Source: Clostridia bacterium (GTDB taxonomy: Bacteria; Bacillota; Clostridia; Christensenellales; QALW01). From it: 64,000 bases of DNA. Below are positions 36,338-45,791 of this stretch, piece after piece. Location: NCBI GenBank assembly GCA_017516345.1, contig JAFXDC010000026.1, positions 2,334 to 66,333 of the forward strand, given 5' to 3'. How positions within the stretch are numbered: position 1 is the first letter of the stretch; each line of letters starts with the position of its first letter. The translations under genes and the position numbers were made by a program. A model generated the notes under the pieces. It searched no databases and was not told the DNA's origin. It was given only the letters and a program-made list of their open reading frames with translations.

Positions 36338-37240
36338 TTAATCGATATTATCAAAGAACGATACTCCGTCCTCTAAGCGCATAACTCCGGTCAACGGATT
36401 ACAGTTAAATCGATAGCACTGAAGCGGACACTTGCACAAAAACAGATATACTATCGGAAGACCGCATCCGCACAGGGTCTCAAAGTTGCCCTGTCCCTTG
36501 GAGATAATAAAGTCCGCACTCTTTATATGGTCAAGTGCCTCATGGCTTACCCAATCAAGCTCGGTGCCCGCTATGGCTACTCCGCTTGATACCACGGTTG
36601 AATATTCCCCAAGCCCTACCTGCCGTGCCTCAGCAAGGGTAACGTCGTTTAAAACGTTGCCTCCCCGAACTATGGATACCACCTCTTTTTCGGGGTATAC
36701 GCTTTTGATATAACGGATAAGCAGCTTATCAAGCACCACCTCACCGCAATTGTCGTGAAGCACTACGATCTTGCCCGCTTGCTCGATCTTAAGCCTTATC
36801 TGCTCGTATGCGCATATATCACAATTAAGCTTTTTGAAATCAAACATGATCTCGTAAAGGGTTTCCTTGTTAATATTGCTTACCGTTCCGCTATCAATAT
36901 AGTTGCCCGTCATGCTTATTAAAAGTGCGGTCAGAAGAGGATCGTCGCTTTTCAATATGCGACTGTATATCTCCTCCTGCTCGGGCAAAACAAAGGAATT
37001 AAAGCGCTCCTTTTCACCCTTGTAAAGGTCAAAGGGCTCCACAAATTCCGACGCGCGCTGCTGCATCCTGTAAAGGATCAGGGAGGGCGAATCGGTCATA
37101 ACGGCTTGCTGCATTACCTCGCACACCATCTTCATATATTCAAGCTGCTTTTGTGTATCCTTTATAAAGTATCTTACCGCCTCCTGCTGCTTTTTTATAA
37201 GGCAGGTGACGCACATGGGGTGCATCCTTCTTTTTTCCAT
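36338..37240 (-). CDS. DUF89 (ARMT1-like damage-control phosphatase) family protein
   Basis: N-terminal 'C..C', the 'ISKGQGNFETL' signature and size (300 aa). Confidence 0.65.
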   Translation of the reverse strand: MEKRRMHPMCVTCLIKKQQEAVRYFIKDTQKQLEYMKMVCEVMQQAVMTDSPSLILYRMQQRASEFVEPFDLYKGEKERFNSFVLPEQEEIYSRILKSDDPLLTALLISMTGNYIDSGTVSNINKETLYEIMFDFKKLNCDICAYEQIRLKIEQAGKIVVLHDNCGEVVLDKLLIRYIKSVYPEKEVVSIVRGGNVLNDVTLAEARQVGLGEYSTVVSSGVAIAGTELDWVSHEALDHIKSADFIISKGQGNFETLCGCGLPIVYLFLCKCPLQCYRFNCNPLTGVMRLEDGVSFFDNID

Positions 37241-37300
37241 TACTTTTTCCTCTTTTATTACTGTGATTCCTTGCTTTGTGCAACAGGTACGACCCCTTAC

Positions 37301-38011
37301 TTACCTGAGGCGCACCCGCGAGGTAAAGCAAACAAGCCCGTCCTGCTTTACTCCCCAAACGAACAGCTCGCCGTCGCCGCGCTTTTTATATACCTGCAGT
37401 CTCTGGCCAAGCGCAAGCTCATGCAGATAGTTAAAATCAAGCTCAAGGATGCAGTCCTCCATTTCAAGGCAGTTCTGCAAAATGTCGGCATATCGGGTGT
37501 TGTTCATGTGGCCGTTGTGGTCAAGGTCGCTGTTGCCCGCAATAAACTCACCACACACCTCGCCCTCGGGCATTACCAGCTTCTGTGCGGGCGGGCAGGC
37601 AAGCTCCTCGGGGCACTCACCCGGATATTGCACCCCCGTATCCCTTACAAGGCGGCGGGTGGTGGCGTCGATCACGCACCATTTGCTTATGCCCCTTATA
37701 TAGACCTCTCCGTCTCCGTCGGTCAAAAGATAGCTTCTGTCAAAGTCGAGCTTACCCTGTCTGGGCCAGGTCTTCACCACAAGCTCCTGGGTATAATACG
37801 GATATTTCACCACCTCATAGTGATTGCGCAAAAGCACCCAAAGCCTGTTCTTTTCAAGCATGGGCAGATATCCGCATCCAAGCTCCTCGGCGTGGCGCGC
37901 CGCGGCATCCTGAAAGATATCAAGCACCGATGCGGGACGCAGATTGTCGTTCAGATCAAAGCTGCCCGCAAGTGGGGATATATCCCGCGAAAATCTCATT
38001 ATATCGCTCAT
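37301..38011 (-). CDS. Acyl-ACP thioesterase family protein
   Basis: 236 aa double hot-dog pattern, 'LRPASVLDIFQDAA..H' and 'DLDHNGHMNNTRY'. Confidence 0.75.
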   Translation of the reverse strand: MSDIMRFSRDISPLAGSFDLNDNLRPASVLDIFQDAAARHAEELGCGYLPMLEKNRLWVLLRNHYEVVKYPYYTQELVVKTWPRQGKLDFDRSYLLTDGDGEVYIRGISKWCVIDATTRRLVRDTGVQYPGECPEELACPPAQKLVMPEGEVCGEFIAGNSDLDHNGHMNNTRYADILQNCLEMEDCILELDFNYLHELALGQRLQVYKKRGDGELFVWGVKQDGLVCFTSRVRLR

Positions 38012-38020
38012 TTTTTCTCC

Positions 38021-39574
38021 TTAGATCACCTTAAGGGTGTATTCCTCAAGGTTTACCACCCTTGATATAAAGCCCTCGTAAAATTCGGGCTCGTGGCTTA
38101 CAAGCAATACCGTCCCTCGGTACTCCTTAAGAGCGCGGGCAAGCTCCGCCTTGGCATCCACGTCAAGATGATTGGTGGGCTCGTCAAGCACAAGCAGATT
38201 TATCTCCCTGTTCATAAGCTTGCAAAGCCGCACGCGCGCCTTTTCGCCCCCCGAGAGCACCTTTACCTGGCTTGTTATGTGCTCGCTTGTAAGTCCCATT
38301 CGAGCAAGGGCGGCTCGCGCCTCACCGTTACTCATATGGGGAAAGTAGTTCATTATCTCCTCAAGCGCCGTGATGCTTGCCCCCTCATCCTCCTGCTCAA
38401 AATAGCCGATGGACAGGAAATCTCCAAGCTCCACACTTCCGCCGAGGCGGTCTATCTGCCCAAGCAGAGTGCGCAAAAGAGTGGTCTTACCAAGTCCGTT
38501 CACACCCCTTATCGCCACCTTTTCCCCCCTGAGAAGCAGAAAATCCATGGGCTTTGTCAACGGCTCGCCGTAGCCTATTACGATCTTTTCCGCCCTTATT
38601 ACCTCCCTTGAGGGTGTGCGATATTCGCGGAAGCCGAAAACAGGCTTGGGTCTGTCGCGCTCAAGGTCTATCATCTCCATCTTGTCAAGCTGCTTTTGCC
38701 TTGACCTTGCAAGAGTGGCGGTTGCCGCGCGTGCCTTGTTGCGGGCAATAAAATCCTCCAAGCGCTCTATTTCCTTTTGCTGACGCTCGTACGCCTGCCT
38801 GTTCTGTCTCTTTTTCAGCTCGTACGCCGCCAAAAACTCCTTATATGTGCCGGTGTATCTTGTCAAAACCGCATTTTCAATATGATATATCACGTTTACC
38901 ACCGATTGCATAAAGCCCTCATCGTGGGAAACAAGTATAAAGGCATTCTCGTAGTCCTGCAAAAAACGGGTGAGCCACTGTATATGCTCCTGATCCAAAA
39001 AGTTGGTGGGCTCATCCAAAATAAGTATCATGGGCTTCTTTAAAAGAAGCTTGGCAAGCAGTACCTTGGTGCGCTGTCCGCCGCTGAGACAGGAAACGTC
39101 ACGGTCAAGCCCAATATCGGCAAGCCCAAGACCGTCCGCGATCTCGTTTATCTTGGTATCAATGGTATAATATCCTCCGATCTCCAGCTGAAGAGATATC
39201 TCGGAGGCGTCCTCCATCATTTTTTCCACCTTGTCCTCATCTGCCGTCGCCATATCCTCGTAAAGAGAGAGCATCTCCCTTTCCAGCTCCGCCATATGGT
39301 CAAAGGCATCGCGCAAGCACTCGCGCACGCTCTTGCCCTTCTCCAGGGTGGAGCTTTGGTCAAGATACCCCACCGTAACGCGGGAACACCACTCTATCTT
39401 GCCCTCGTCGGGAGCAAGCTCGCCCGTGATGATATTTAAAAACGTGCTTTTTCCCTCTCCGTTGGCACCCACAAGACCAACGTGCTCCCCCGCAAGCAGA
39501 CGGAAGGAGGCGTTGTCAAGAAGCTGTCGCGCGCCGTAGCCGTGCGTGCAATTGGTAACCGTTAATATACTCAT
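38021..39574 (-). CDS. ABC-F family ATPase (two ABC cassettes, no TM domain)
   Basis: Two Walker A motifs (GANGEGKST and GVNGLGKTT), two LSGG signatures (LSGGQRTKV and LSGGEKARV) and a charged inter-domain linker. Confidence 0.88.
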   Translation of the reverse strand: MSILTVTNCTHGYGARQLLDNASFRLLAGEHVGLVGANGEGKSTFLNIITGELAPDEGKIEWCSRVTVGYLDQSSTLEKGKSVRECLRDAFDHMAELEREMLSLYEDMATADEDKVEKMMEDASEISLQLEIGGYYTIDTKINEIADGLGLADIGLDRDVSCLSGGQRTKVLLAKLLLKKPMILILDEPTNFLDQEHIQWLTRFLQDYENAFILVSHDEGFMQSVVNVIYHIENAVLTRYTGTYKEFLAAYELKKRQNRQAYERQQKEIERLEDFIARNKARAATATLARSRQKQLDKMEMIDLERDRPKPVFGFREYRTPSREVIRAEKIVIGYGEPLTKPMDFLLLRGEKVAIRGVNGLGKTTLLRTLLGQIDRLGGSVELGDFLSIGYFEQEDEGASITALEEIMNYFPHMSNGEARAALARMGLTSEHITSQVKVLSGGEKARVRLCKLMNREINLLVLDEPTNHLDVDAKAELARALKEYRGTVLLVSHEPEFYEGFISRVVNLEEYTLKVI

Positions 39575-39583
39575 ATCTTTTCC

Positions 39584-40234
39584 TTATATTTTTCCTTTGG
39601 TGATGTATCTGTAAAGCTGCTGCGCATCCTCCGCCAAAACGTCAGCGCCGCTTTTTTCAAGCTCCTCGCGTCCGCCACAGCCCCAAAGCACCCCCGCGCA
39701 GGGCATGGAGTTGTTGTGCGCCGCAATAACGTCAAATTTTCTATCCCCAACAAAGAGATAATTACCCTTGTCGCACCTTGTAAGAAGGGTGGCAAGAGCC
39801 TCGGTCTTGTCACTGTGCTTTCCATCCATGGTGGTGCCCAAAACGTCAATAAAATATCTTGATATATCAAAATGATCAAGCACTATGCGGGCAAATTTCT
39901 CGGGCTTACAGGTGCAGATATACATTTTGCATCCCTTGTCAAAAAGCCGCGCAAGCATATCCCTTATCCCGTCGTAAAGTGAGTTTTCATATATTCCCTT
40001 AACCGAGTAATATTCTCTGTAAAGGCTCTGCAGACGCCTGCCCTCCTCGTCATCCACACCCACAAGATAGGCAAGATGCTCAGCAAGAGGCGGCCCCACG
40101 CAGGAGAGAAGCTGCTCCTGTGTAAGGGGCGGATATTCCGCCTTAACAAGCGCGTATTTTATGGAATTGATTATCCCCGGAACCGAGTCGCTTATGGTTC
40201 CGTCCAGATCAAAAAAAACCGTATCGTAATGCAT
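39584..40234 (-). CDS. HAD-superfamily hydrolase (phosphoglycolate phosphatase-like)
   Basis: Motif I 'FFDLDGTISDS' and motif IV 'GDRKFD'. 216 aa. Confidence 0.85.
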   Translation of the reverse strand: MHYDTVFFDLDGTISDSVPGIINSIKYALVKAEYPPLTQEQLLSCVGPPLAEHLAYLVGVDDEEGRRLQSLYREYYSVKGIYENSLYDGIRDMLARLFDKGCKMYICTCKPEKFARIVLDHFDISRYFIDVLGTTMDGKHSDKTEALATLLTRCDKGNYLFVGDRKFDVIAAHNNSMPCAGVLWGCGGREELEKSGADVLAEDAQQLYRYITKGKI

Positions 40235-40407
40235 TTTATCTTTTCTTTCCTTTTTTGTTAAGTTACATTATACCACATTACCCGCTTATGTACAAATATT
40301 TTTACTTTACTGCGGAATATTTTAAAGAATATTTTTATTGCATTTACCGCTCTTATGGTATATAATAATACCGATATCCTTACTTACCAAAACAAAAGGA
40401 GATTTTT

Positions 40408-40689
40408 ATGAAATACTGCCCTCAATGCGGACGCCCCACCAAAAGCGAGCACCTCTTTTGCATCTTTTGCGGCGCCAGATTTCCCGAATATACCGTGACG
40501 CAGCCCCACAGCGAGCCAGAGCTCAGCTCCCCCTCGGATCCCGCCATGTCCGAGAGCGAGCCTGTTTTTGTTCAGTCTGCCCCCGAGATACACACCACGG
40601 CAGGAAAATATAATATAAGCTATTGGCTCATATGGGCAATAATGGCGGCAAGCACGGCTCTGCTTGTGACCCTTGCCCTTATCCTTTAA
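40408..40689 (+). CDS. Small zinc-ribbon protein with a C-terminal TM helix
   Basis: 'MKYCPQCGRP..CIFCGARF' and C-terminal 'WLIWAIMAASTALLVTLALIL'. RBS AAAGGAG. Confidence 0.75.
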   Translation: MKYCPQCGRPTKSEHLFCIFCGARFPEYTVTQPHSEPELSSPSDPAMSESEPVFVQSAPEIHTTAGKYNISYWLIWAIMAASTALLVTLALIL

Positions 40690-40713
40690 TGCTTCAAGTC
40701 GCAAATTTCATTG

Positions 40714-40787
40714 TTTTTCGACATTTTTACCCATTTTTTCGACATTTTCTTGGCTTTTTTCGACAAATTTGTGACTTTTCTGTCGAA
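40714..40787 (+). promoter_or_regulatory. Phased array of the TTTTTCGACA motif (3 direct copies plus 1 inverted copy, 21-bp period)
   Basis: TTTTTCGACA at 40714, 40735 and 40756. Inverted TGTCGAA at 40781. Confidence 0.5.
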
Positions 40788-40830
40788 TTAATAAGTTTTT
40801 CTTGTAATTTTTAATATTTTTATGTATAAT

Positions 40831-40873
40831 GAATATAGCTTACAGGTAGGAGCGTAAGCGTATTCATTTTTTT
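40831..40873 (+). terminator. Terminator-like hairpin with a T-run, between the motif array and the next gene
   Basis: GAATA-ta-GCTTAC-aggtaggagc-GTAAGC-g-TATTC followed by ATTTTTTT. Confidence 0.5.
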
Positions 40874-40923
40874 ATTTCAAAATGGATATCATTAAAAGGA
40901 TCAAGGTATATTAGAGGTAATTT

Positions 40924-41754
40924 ATGAAAAGAAAAGACGGAAAGCGCTTTAAGGGCGCAGATATGCTCTACACCATCGCTCCGTTTATCATGGATAAGCG
41001 TTGCGACAGCTGTAACAGCGTAACCGAGCACTTAAGCTACGACAAAATGCACGCTTATATTCTTAAAAAGCGCGCAGAGGGTGTAAACCTTAGCTATATG
41101 ACTCTGCTCATAGCCGCCTACGTTCGCGTGGTGTCAAAATACCCCGCGCTTAACCGCTTTATTGTGAACAAGCGCATCTATTCAAGAAACGATCTTATCG
41201 TGGCAATGGTGGTACAGCGTCCCGACGGCGCAGAGGGCACCATGAGCAAGCTCAAGCTGGAGCTTACCGACACCGTATTTGACGTAAATAATAAGATCGA
41301 GGAGTTCGTAAGCAATAACCGCGCGGAGGATACCAACAAGACAGACAGCCTCATGCGCAATCTTACAAAGTTCACCTGGGTGCTTCCCCCCGCCATCGCC
41401 ATCTTTAAATGGGCGGATAAGCACGGACTTCTGCCCAAGGCCATTCTTGACGCCAGCCCCTTCCACGCCTCCATGGTAATAAGCAACCTCGCAAGCATCA
41501 GAACAAACCACATCCACCACCATATCTACGATTTCGGCACGGTGGGCATGATAATCACCATGGGTAATATGGTAAATCTGCCCAAGGAGCAGGACGGCAG
41601 AGTGGTGCTGGAGAAGCACATTCCCCTTGGTATAGTCTGTGACGAGCGCATCGCCTCGGGCTATTACTACTCCAAATGCTTCCGCGAGCTTCAGACCCTC
41701 ATCAATCATCCGGAAATGCTCGAGCTGCCCCCTCAGCAGGTGGTCACCGACTAA
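40924..41754 (+). CDS. 2-oxoacid dehydrogenase acyltransferase catalytic-domain-like protein (no lipoyl domain)
   Basis: 276 aa. 'DERIASGYY' occupies the position of the E2/CAT-type 'DHRxxDG' motif. The overall call is tentative. Confidence 0.5.
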   Translation: MKRKDGKRFKGADMLYTIAPFIMDKRCDSCNSVTEHLSYDKMHAYILKKRAEGVNLSYMTLLIAAYVRVVSKYPALNRFIVNKRIYSRNDLIVAMVVQRPDGAEGTMSKLKLELTDTVFDVNNKIEEFVSNNRAEDTNKTDSLMRNLTKFTWVLPPAIAIFKWADKHGLLPKAILDASPFHASMVISNLASIRTNHIHHHIYDFGTVGMIITMGNMVNLPKEQDGRVVLEKHIPLGIVCDERIASGYYYSKCFRELQTLINHPEMLELPPQQVVTD

Positions 41755-41866
41755 AAAACATAAAATACCACCCGAAAAATTAGAAAAATATATAATTTAG
41801 TGTTGTATTTATTCAACATTTGTAGTATTATATATAATAAAGATAAAGTTGAAAAGAGGTAACGAC

Positions 41867-42715
41867 ATGGCATCCAACAAACAGGAGCTCATAATGGACG
41901 ACAGCTTCGGCCAATATATCGACGTTGACGGCGTAAACGTGCATTACTACGAGGAGGGCTACGGAACCCCGGTTATCTTCCTGCACGGTATAGGTCAGTC
42001 CATGTACACCTTCCGTAATAATCTTAAGGATTTCTCTGCTTGCTTCCGCGTAATTGCCCTGGACCTTCTCGGTCACGGCGGCACCGACGGAAACGATTCC
42101 GACCTTTTGATCGAAAACTACAGCGATTTCCTGCTTTCCTTTATGAATACCCTTAACATCGAGCAGGCTCACTTCTTTGCCTTCTCTACCGGTGCGATCA
42201 TTGCTATGGATTTTGCACTTGCCTTCCCCGAAAAGGTAAACAAGCTCATCCTCATCTCGCCCGGCGGAGTAACTCCTACATATCCCGCGATTATAAAGAG
42301 CGCCGCCACCCCCATCATCAAGGACTTCACCTTTACCTTCTTTAACAAGGGAATGATCCGTAAGACCCTTGAGAGCGGTTACTTCGACAAGACCATGGTC
42401 ACCGACGATATGGTGGAGAATTACTTCTACGAGCTTAGCGACCAGAAGAATCTGGATACCGCAATGCACACCATCTCCCAATGGAACGATTGCGACGTTT
42501 ACGACAATATGTCCGAGCTTGGCGACGGAGTGTACATCTTCTGGGGCGAGTGCGACGAGTGGCATCCCCTGGAGCAGCTTGAGGAGTTTGAGGACGCCAT
42601 CCCCAACCTCTACGCCGCAACCGTGCGCAACGGCGGTCATATGATCCACGAGGAAAAATCCCGTGAGATCAACCGCAAGGCCATCGAGCTTCTGCTTACA
42701 GACGATATTACCTGA
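41867..42715 (+). CDS. Alpha/beta-fold hydrolase
   Basis: 'VIFLHGIGQSMYTF', nucleophile elbow 'FAFSTGA' and C-terminal 'GGHMIHEE'. The ATG at 41867 follows AAAGAGG. Confidence 0.8.
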   Translation: MASNKQELIMDDSFGQYIDVDGVNVHYYEEGYGTPVIFLHGIGQSMYTFRNNLKDFSACFRVIALDLLGHGGTDGNDSDLLIENYSDFLLSFMNTLNIEQAHFFAFSTGAIIAMDFALAFPEKVNKLILISPGGVTPTYPAIIKSAATPIIKDFTFTFFNKGMIRKTLESGYFDKTMVTDDMVENYFYELSDQKNLDTAMHTISQWNDCDVYDNMSELGDGVYIFWGECDEWHPLEQLEEFEDAIPNLYAATVRNGGHMIHEEKSREINRKAIELLLTDDIT

Positions 42716-42730
42716 TAAAATGCTTTTTAA

Positions 42731-42761
42731 AAAAACCGTTCGGATGCCCGAACGGTTTTTT
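42731..42761 (+). terminator. Intrinsic terminator
   Basis: aaaAACCGTTCGG-atg-CCCGAACGGTTtttt. Confidence 0.8.
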
Positions 42762-42884
42762 GCCGTGCTTTTTTGTTGCTTTTTTTCAATAAAAAGGTTA
42801 TAATATAGAAATCAATAACCATATTGCTTAGCTTATATGATCTTATAAGCCTTTAAATTACATCAAACAAGTAAGGAGGCATCT

Positions 42885-43658
42885 ATGGAACCTAACGATA
42901 CCAATAAAATAATATACGTTAAGGACGAAAACGGAGAATACGTTCCGGAAACGGAACGGCAAAGGCCCAAAAAATCCAGGGTGGTATCCTCTGCCGAAAG
43001 ACGGGAGCGTATCATCTTCTGGGTACGCTTTGCAGCTCTTGCTGTGCTTGAAACGGTTTTTTGCTTTATAATGCTCAACGTTCTTCCAAATTCACCTCTG
43101 CCCCTTAGCCTTGCAATGGTCTTCGTGGTCATCACCGCCGTAATGTACGGTCCCTCCATGGCATCGGTCATAGGAGCGGTGGGCGGCACGGCAAGCATCA
43201 TCGCCTACACCTTTTTGCCTCAGGCCTCCAAGGTGGCATTTGTCTACTCCCCCTTCGTAACCGGCGGCGGTCTGCATAGTCCCCTTGTCAGCCTTATCCC
43301 CTTCATCCTCGCAGGAGCCATAACCGCAGTATCCTACTCGGGCATCTCGGCAATCCATACGTTGCACCTTAAAAAAAGCGGTAAAAGTAAGGCCTGGTGG
43401 CATACCCCCCTCATATACGCAATATGCGCGGCAGTGGGCGCTATGCTTCACGTAGCACTTACCGCTGTGGGCATCAGCCTCTGCTTCCCCGAGGCCTTTG
43501 CAAATGCGGCGGGCTACGACGTGGCGCTGACCCCCATAATGCTTGGCGGTTTGATCCTGACCAAGGGCACCGTAGAGGCCATACTTTGCGCCCTGCTCAC
43601 GGTCGCCATCTGCATCCCATTTAACTTTATAAAGGAAAAATTCAAAGGAAAGGCATAA
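42885..43658 (+). CDS. Polytopic membrane protein, possibly an ECF-type substrate-binding (S) component
   Basis: Strong RBS AAGGAGG, about 6 hydrophobic segments, and a stop 3 nt before coaX. The S-component idea is inferred from topology and context only. Confidence 0.6.
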   Translation: MEPNDTNKIIYVKDENGEYVPETERQRPKKSRVVSSAERRERIIFWVRFAALAVLETVFCFIMLNVLPNSPLPLSLAMVFVVITAVMYGPSMASVIGAVGGTASIIAYTFLPQASKVAFVYSPFVTGGGLHSPLVSLIPFILAGAITAVSYSGISAIHTLHLKKSGKSKAWWHTPLIYAICAAVGAMLHVALTAVGISLCFPEAFANAAGYDVALTPIMLGGLILTKGTVEAILCALLTVAICIPFNFIKEKFKGKA

Positions 43659-43661
43659 AAA

Positions 43662-44429
43662 ATGCTTCTTGTAATAGATATCGGAAATACAAACATCAAA
43701 TTCGGGCTTTTCGACGGCGACCGTCTTGCCCACTCCTGGCGTCTTGCAACAAATCGCAAGAAAACAGGGGATGAATACGGCGCTTCCCTTTGCTCCCTGC
43801 TTGACCTTGCAGGCATTTCGCGCGGGCAGATAGACGGCGTCATTATGTCCTCGGTGGTACCGGGCATCAACTTCACCATTGAGCATATGCTACTTCACTA
43901 CCTTAATAAGACCCCCATGGTGGTGGGCCCGGGCATCAAGACCGGCCTGAATATTAAACTGGATAACCCGCGCGAGCTGGGCGGCGACATTATTTGCGAC
44001 TGCGTAAGCGCCTACCGTCGTTACGGCGGTCCTTGCATTGTAATGGATTTCGGCACGGCTACCACCGTAAGCGCGGTCACCGAAAACGGCGAATTCCTTG
44101 GCGGCGCCATCTGTCCCGGAGTCAAGCTCTCCCTTGATGCTCTTACCGGCAACGCCGCAAAACTCCCCAATATAGAGCTTAATATCCCGCCGAGTGCCAT
44201 CGGTAAGAACACCGTAACAAGCATGCAGTCAGGTCTTCTGTTTGGCTACGTGGGACTTGTGGAGTCCCTCATCTCCCGCTTTAAAGACGAGATGGCAGCT
44301 CCCCACGCAAGGGTCATCGCCACAGGCGGTATGAGCAAGACCATAGGCAAGCTCACCCCCGCCATCGACGTCCTGGATCCCCTTCTCACTCTTGAGGGCT
44401 TGAAGCTCTTATACCACAGCAATCAGTAA
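43662..44429 (+). CDS. coaX: Type III pantothenate kinase
   Basis: 'MLLVIDIGNTNIKFGLF', the 'DFGTATT' motif, and size (255 aa). Confidence 0.9.
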   Translation: MLLVIDIGNTNIKFGLFDGDRLAHSWRLATNRKKTGDEYGASLCSLLDLAGISRGQIDGVIMSSVVPGINFTIEHMLLHYLNKTPMVVGPGIKTGLNIKLDNPRELGGDIICDCVSAYRRYGGPCIVMDFGTATTVSAVTENGEFLGGAICPGVKLSLDALTGNAAKLPNIELNIPPSAIGKNTVTSMQSGLLFGYVGLVESLISRFKDEMAAPHARVIATGGMSKTIGKLTPAIDVLDPLLTLEGLKLLYHSNQ

Positions 44430-44461
44430 GACCGAATCAATACCCGAAAGGATCACGTCAG

Positions 44462-45742
44462 ATGAAAGAAGTAAAAATAGGATTTTTAGGTATGGGCAAC
44501 GTCGGAAGCGGCGCGTACAGAATACTTCGCGACAATGCCGACATCATCACCCATAGAGAGGGCGTAAAATACACCGTAACGGGCGCCCTTGTGCGGGATA
44601 AAAGCAAAAGCAGAGGGGATATCCCCAACGAGCTCCTGACCACCGACCCAAACGATATCCTAAACGACCCCGAGGTGGATATCGTTGCCGAGTTTCTCGG
44701 CGGAGTGGAGCCTGCACGCACATACATTCTGCAGGCACTCAATAACGGTAAGACCGTGGTCACCGCCAACAAGGTGGTGCTTGCAAATTGCTGGCCCGAG
44801 CTTGAGGAATGCGCACGCGCAAACGGTGTGGGCATCTATTGCGAGGCAAGCGTAGCGGGCGGCATTCCCATCATCCGCACCCTTTACACCGCCATGCAGG
44901 CAAACAGAATAACCAAGGTGATGGGCATAATCAACGGCACCACCAACTATATCCTCTCTGCCATGAGTCAGCAGGGCAAAAGCTACTCCGAGGTGCTCTC
45001 CGAGGCACAGAGCATAGGCCTTGCCGAGCCCGATCCCACCCTCGACGTCGAGGGTCTGGATGCGGCATACAAGCTCTCCCTCCTCTCCAGCATAGCCTTC
45101 CACGGAAAGGTGCCCATGAAGTACGTTTACCACGAGGGCATCACCAAGGTATCCAAGCAGGATATCGCGGTGGGTAAGGAGATGGGGCTCACCCTTAAGC
45201 TTCTTGCCATAGGTAAAAAGGAAAACGACCGCATAGAGGCGCGCGTCCACCCCACCTTCATTCCCAATTCCCACCCCCTCGCCGCAATAAACGGCGCCAC
45301 CAACGCAGTGTATCTTGATTGCGATGCTCTGGGCGAGCTGGTGCTTTCGGGTCAGGGCGCAGGCTCTCTCCCTACGGGAAGCGCCGTGGTGTCGGATATA
45401 GTGTACGCCTCAAAGCAGAGCACTCCCACCTATAACACCTTTAAAAATGACGATAACGTATCGGAAAATTGCTTTAATTTCAACTGGGAAAGCGAGTATT
45501 TCATCTCCATTATGGCTCCCGACCGTCCCGGCGTGATGGCGGCTGTAGCAGGAGTGTTCGCCGCAAACAACATCTCCATCGCCTCCATGGTGCAAAAGCG
45601 CTCGGGCGAGCCCGGAGTCCCCGTCATCTTCCTTACCCATATCTGCCATGAGCTTGATATGAAGCGTGCAATAGAGCAGATAGGAAGCCTTGAGGGTCTC
45701 AGCGTAAGCAGCTGCATCAGGGTGGAAGCGTTAAGTAAATGA
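44462..45742 (+). CDS. hom: Homoserine dehydrogenase
   Basis: NAD-binding 'IGFLGMGNVGSG', 'INGTTNYIL' and a C-terminal ACT-like domain. Confidence 0.9.
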   Translation: MKEVKIGFLGMGNVGSGAYRILRDNADIITHREGVKYTVTGALVRDKSKSRGDIPNELLTTDPNDILNDPEVDIVAEFLGGVEPARTYILQALNNGKTVVTANKVVLANCWPELEECARANGVGIYCEASVAGGIPIIRTLYTAMQANRITKVMGIINGTTNYILSAMSQQGKSYSEVLSEAQSIGLAEPDPTLDVEGLDAAYKLSLLSSIAFHGKVPMKYVYHEGITKVSKQDIAVGKEMGLTLKLLAIGKKENDRIEARVHPTFIPNSHPLAAINGATNAVYLDCDALGELVLSGQGAGSLPTGSAVVSDIVYASKQSTPTYNTFKNDDNVSENCFNFNWESEYFISIMAPDRPGVMAAVAGVFAANNISIASMVQKRSGEPGVPVIFLTHICHELDMKRAIEQIGSLEGLSVSSCIRVEALSK

Positions 45743-45791
45743 CCGATGTATAAAAATATAAATTAAAATAAAATTTTAGCGGAGTTATGAC

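Noticed and set aside
38021-39574. ABC-F protein as an antibiotic-resistance (ARE) determinant
   Set aside because: ABC-F housekeeping translation factors and ARE proteins cannot be told apart by eye. There is no resistance leader or attenuator and no mobile context.
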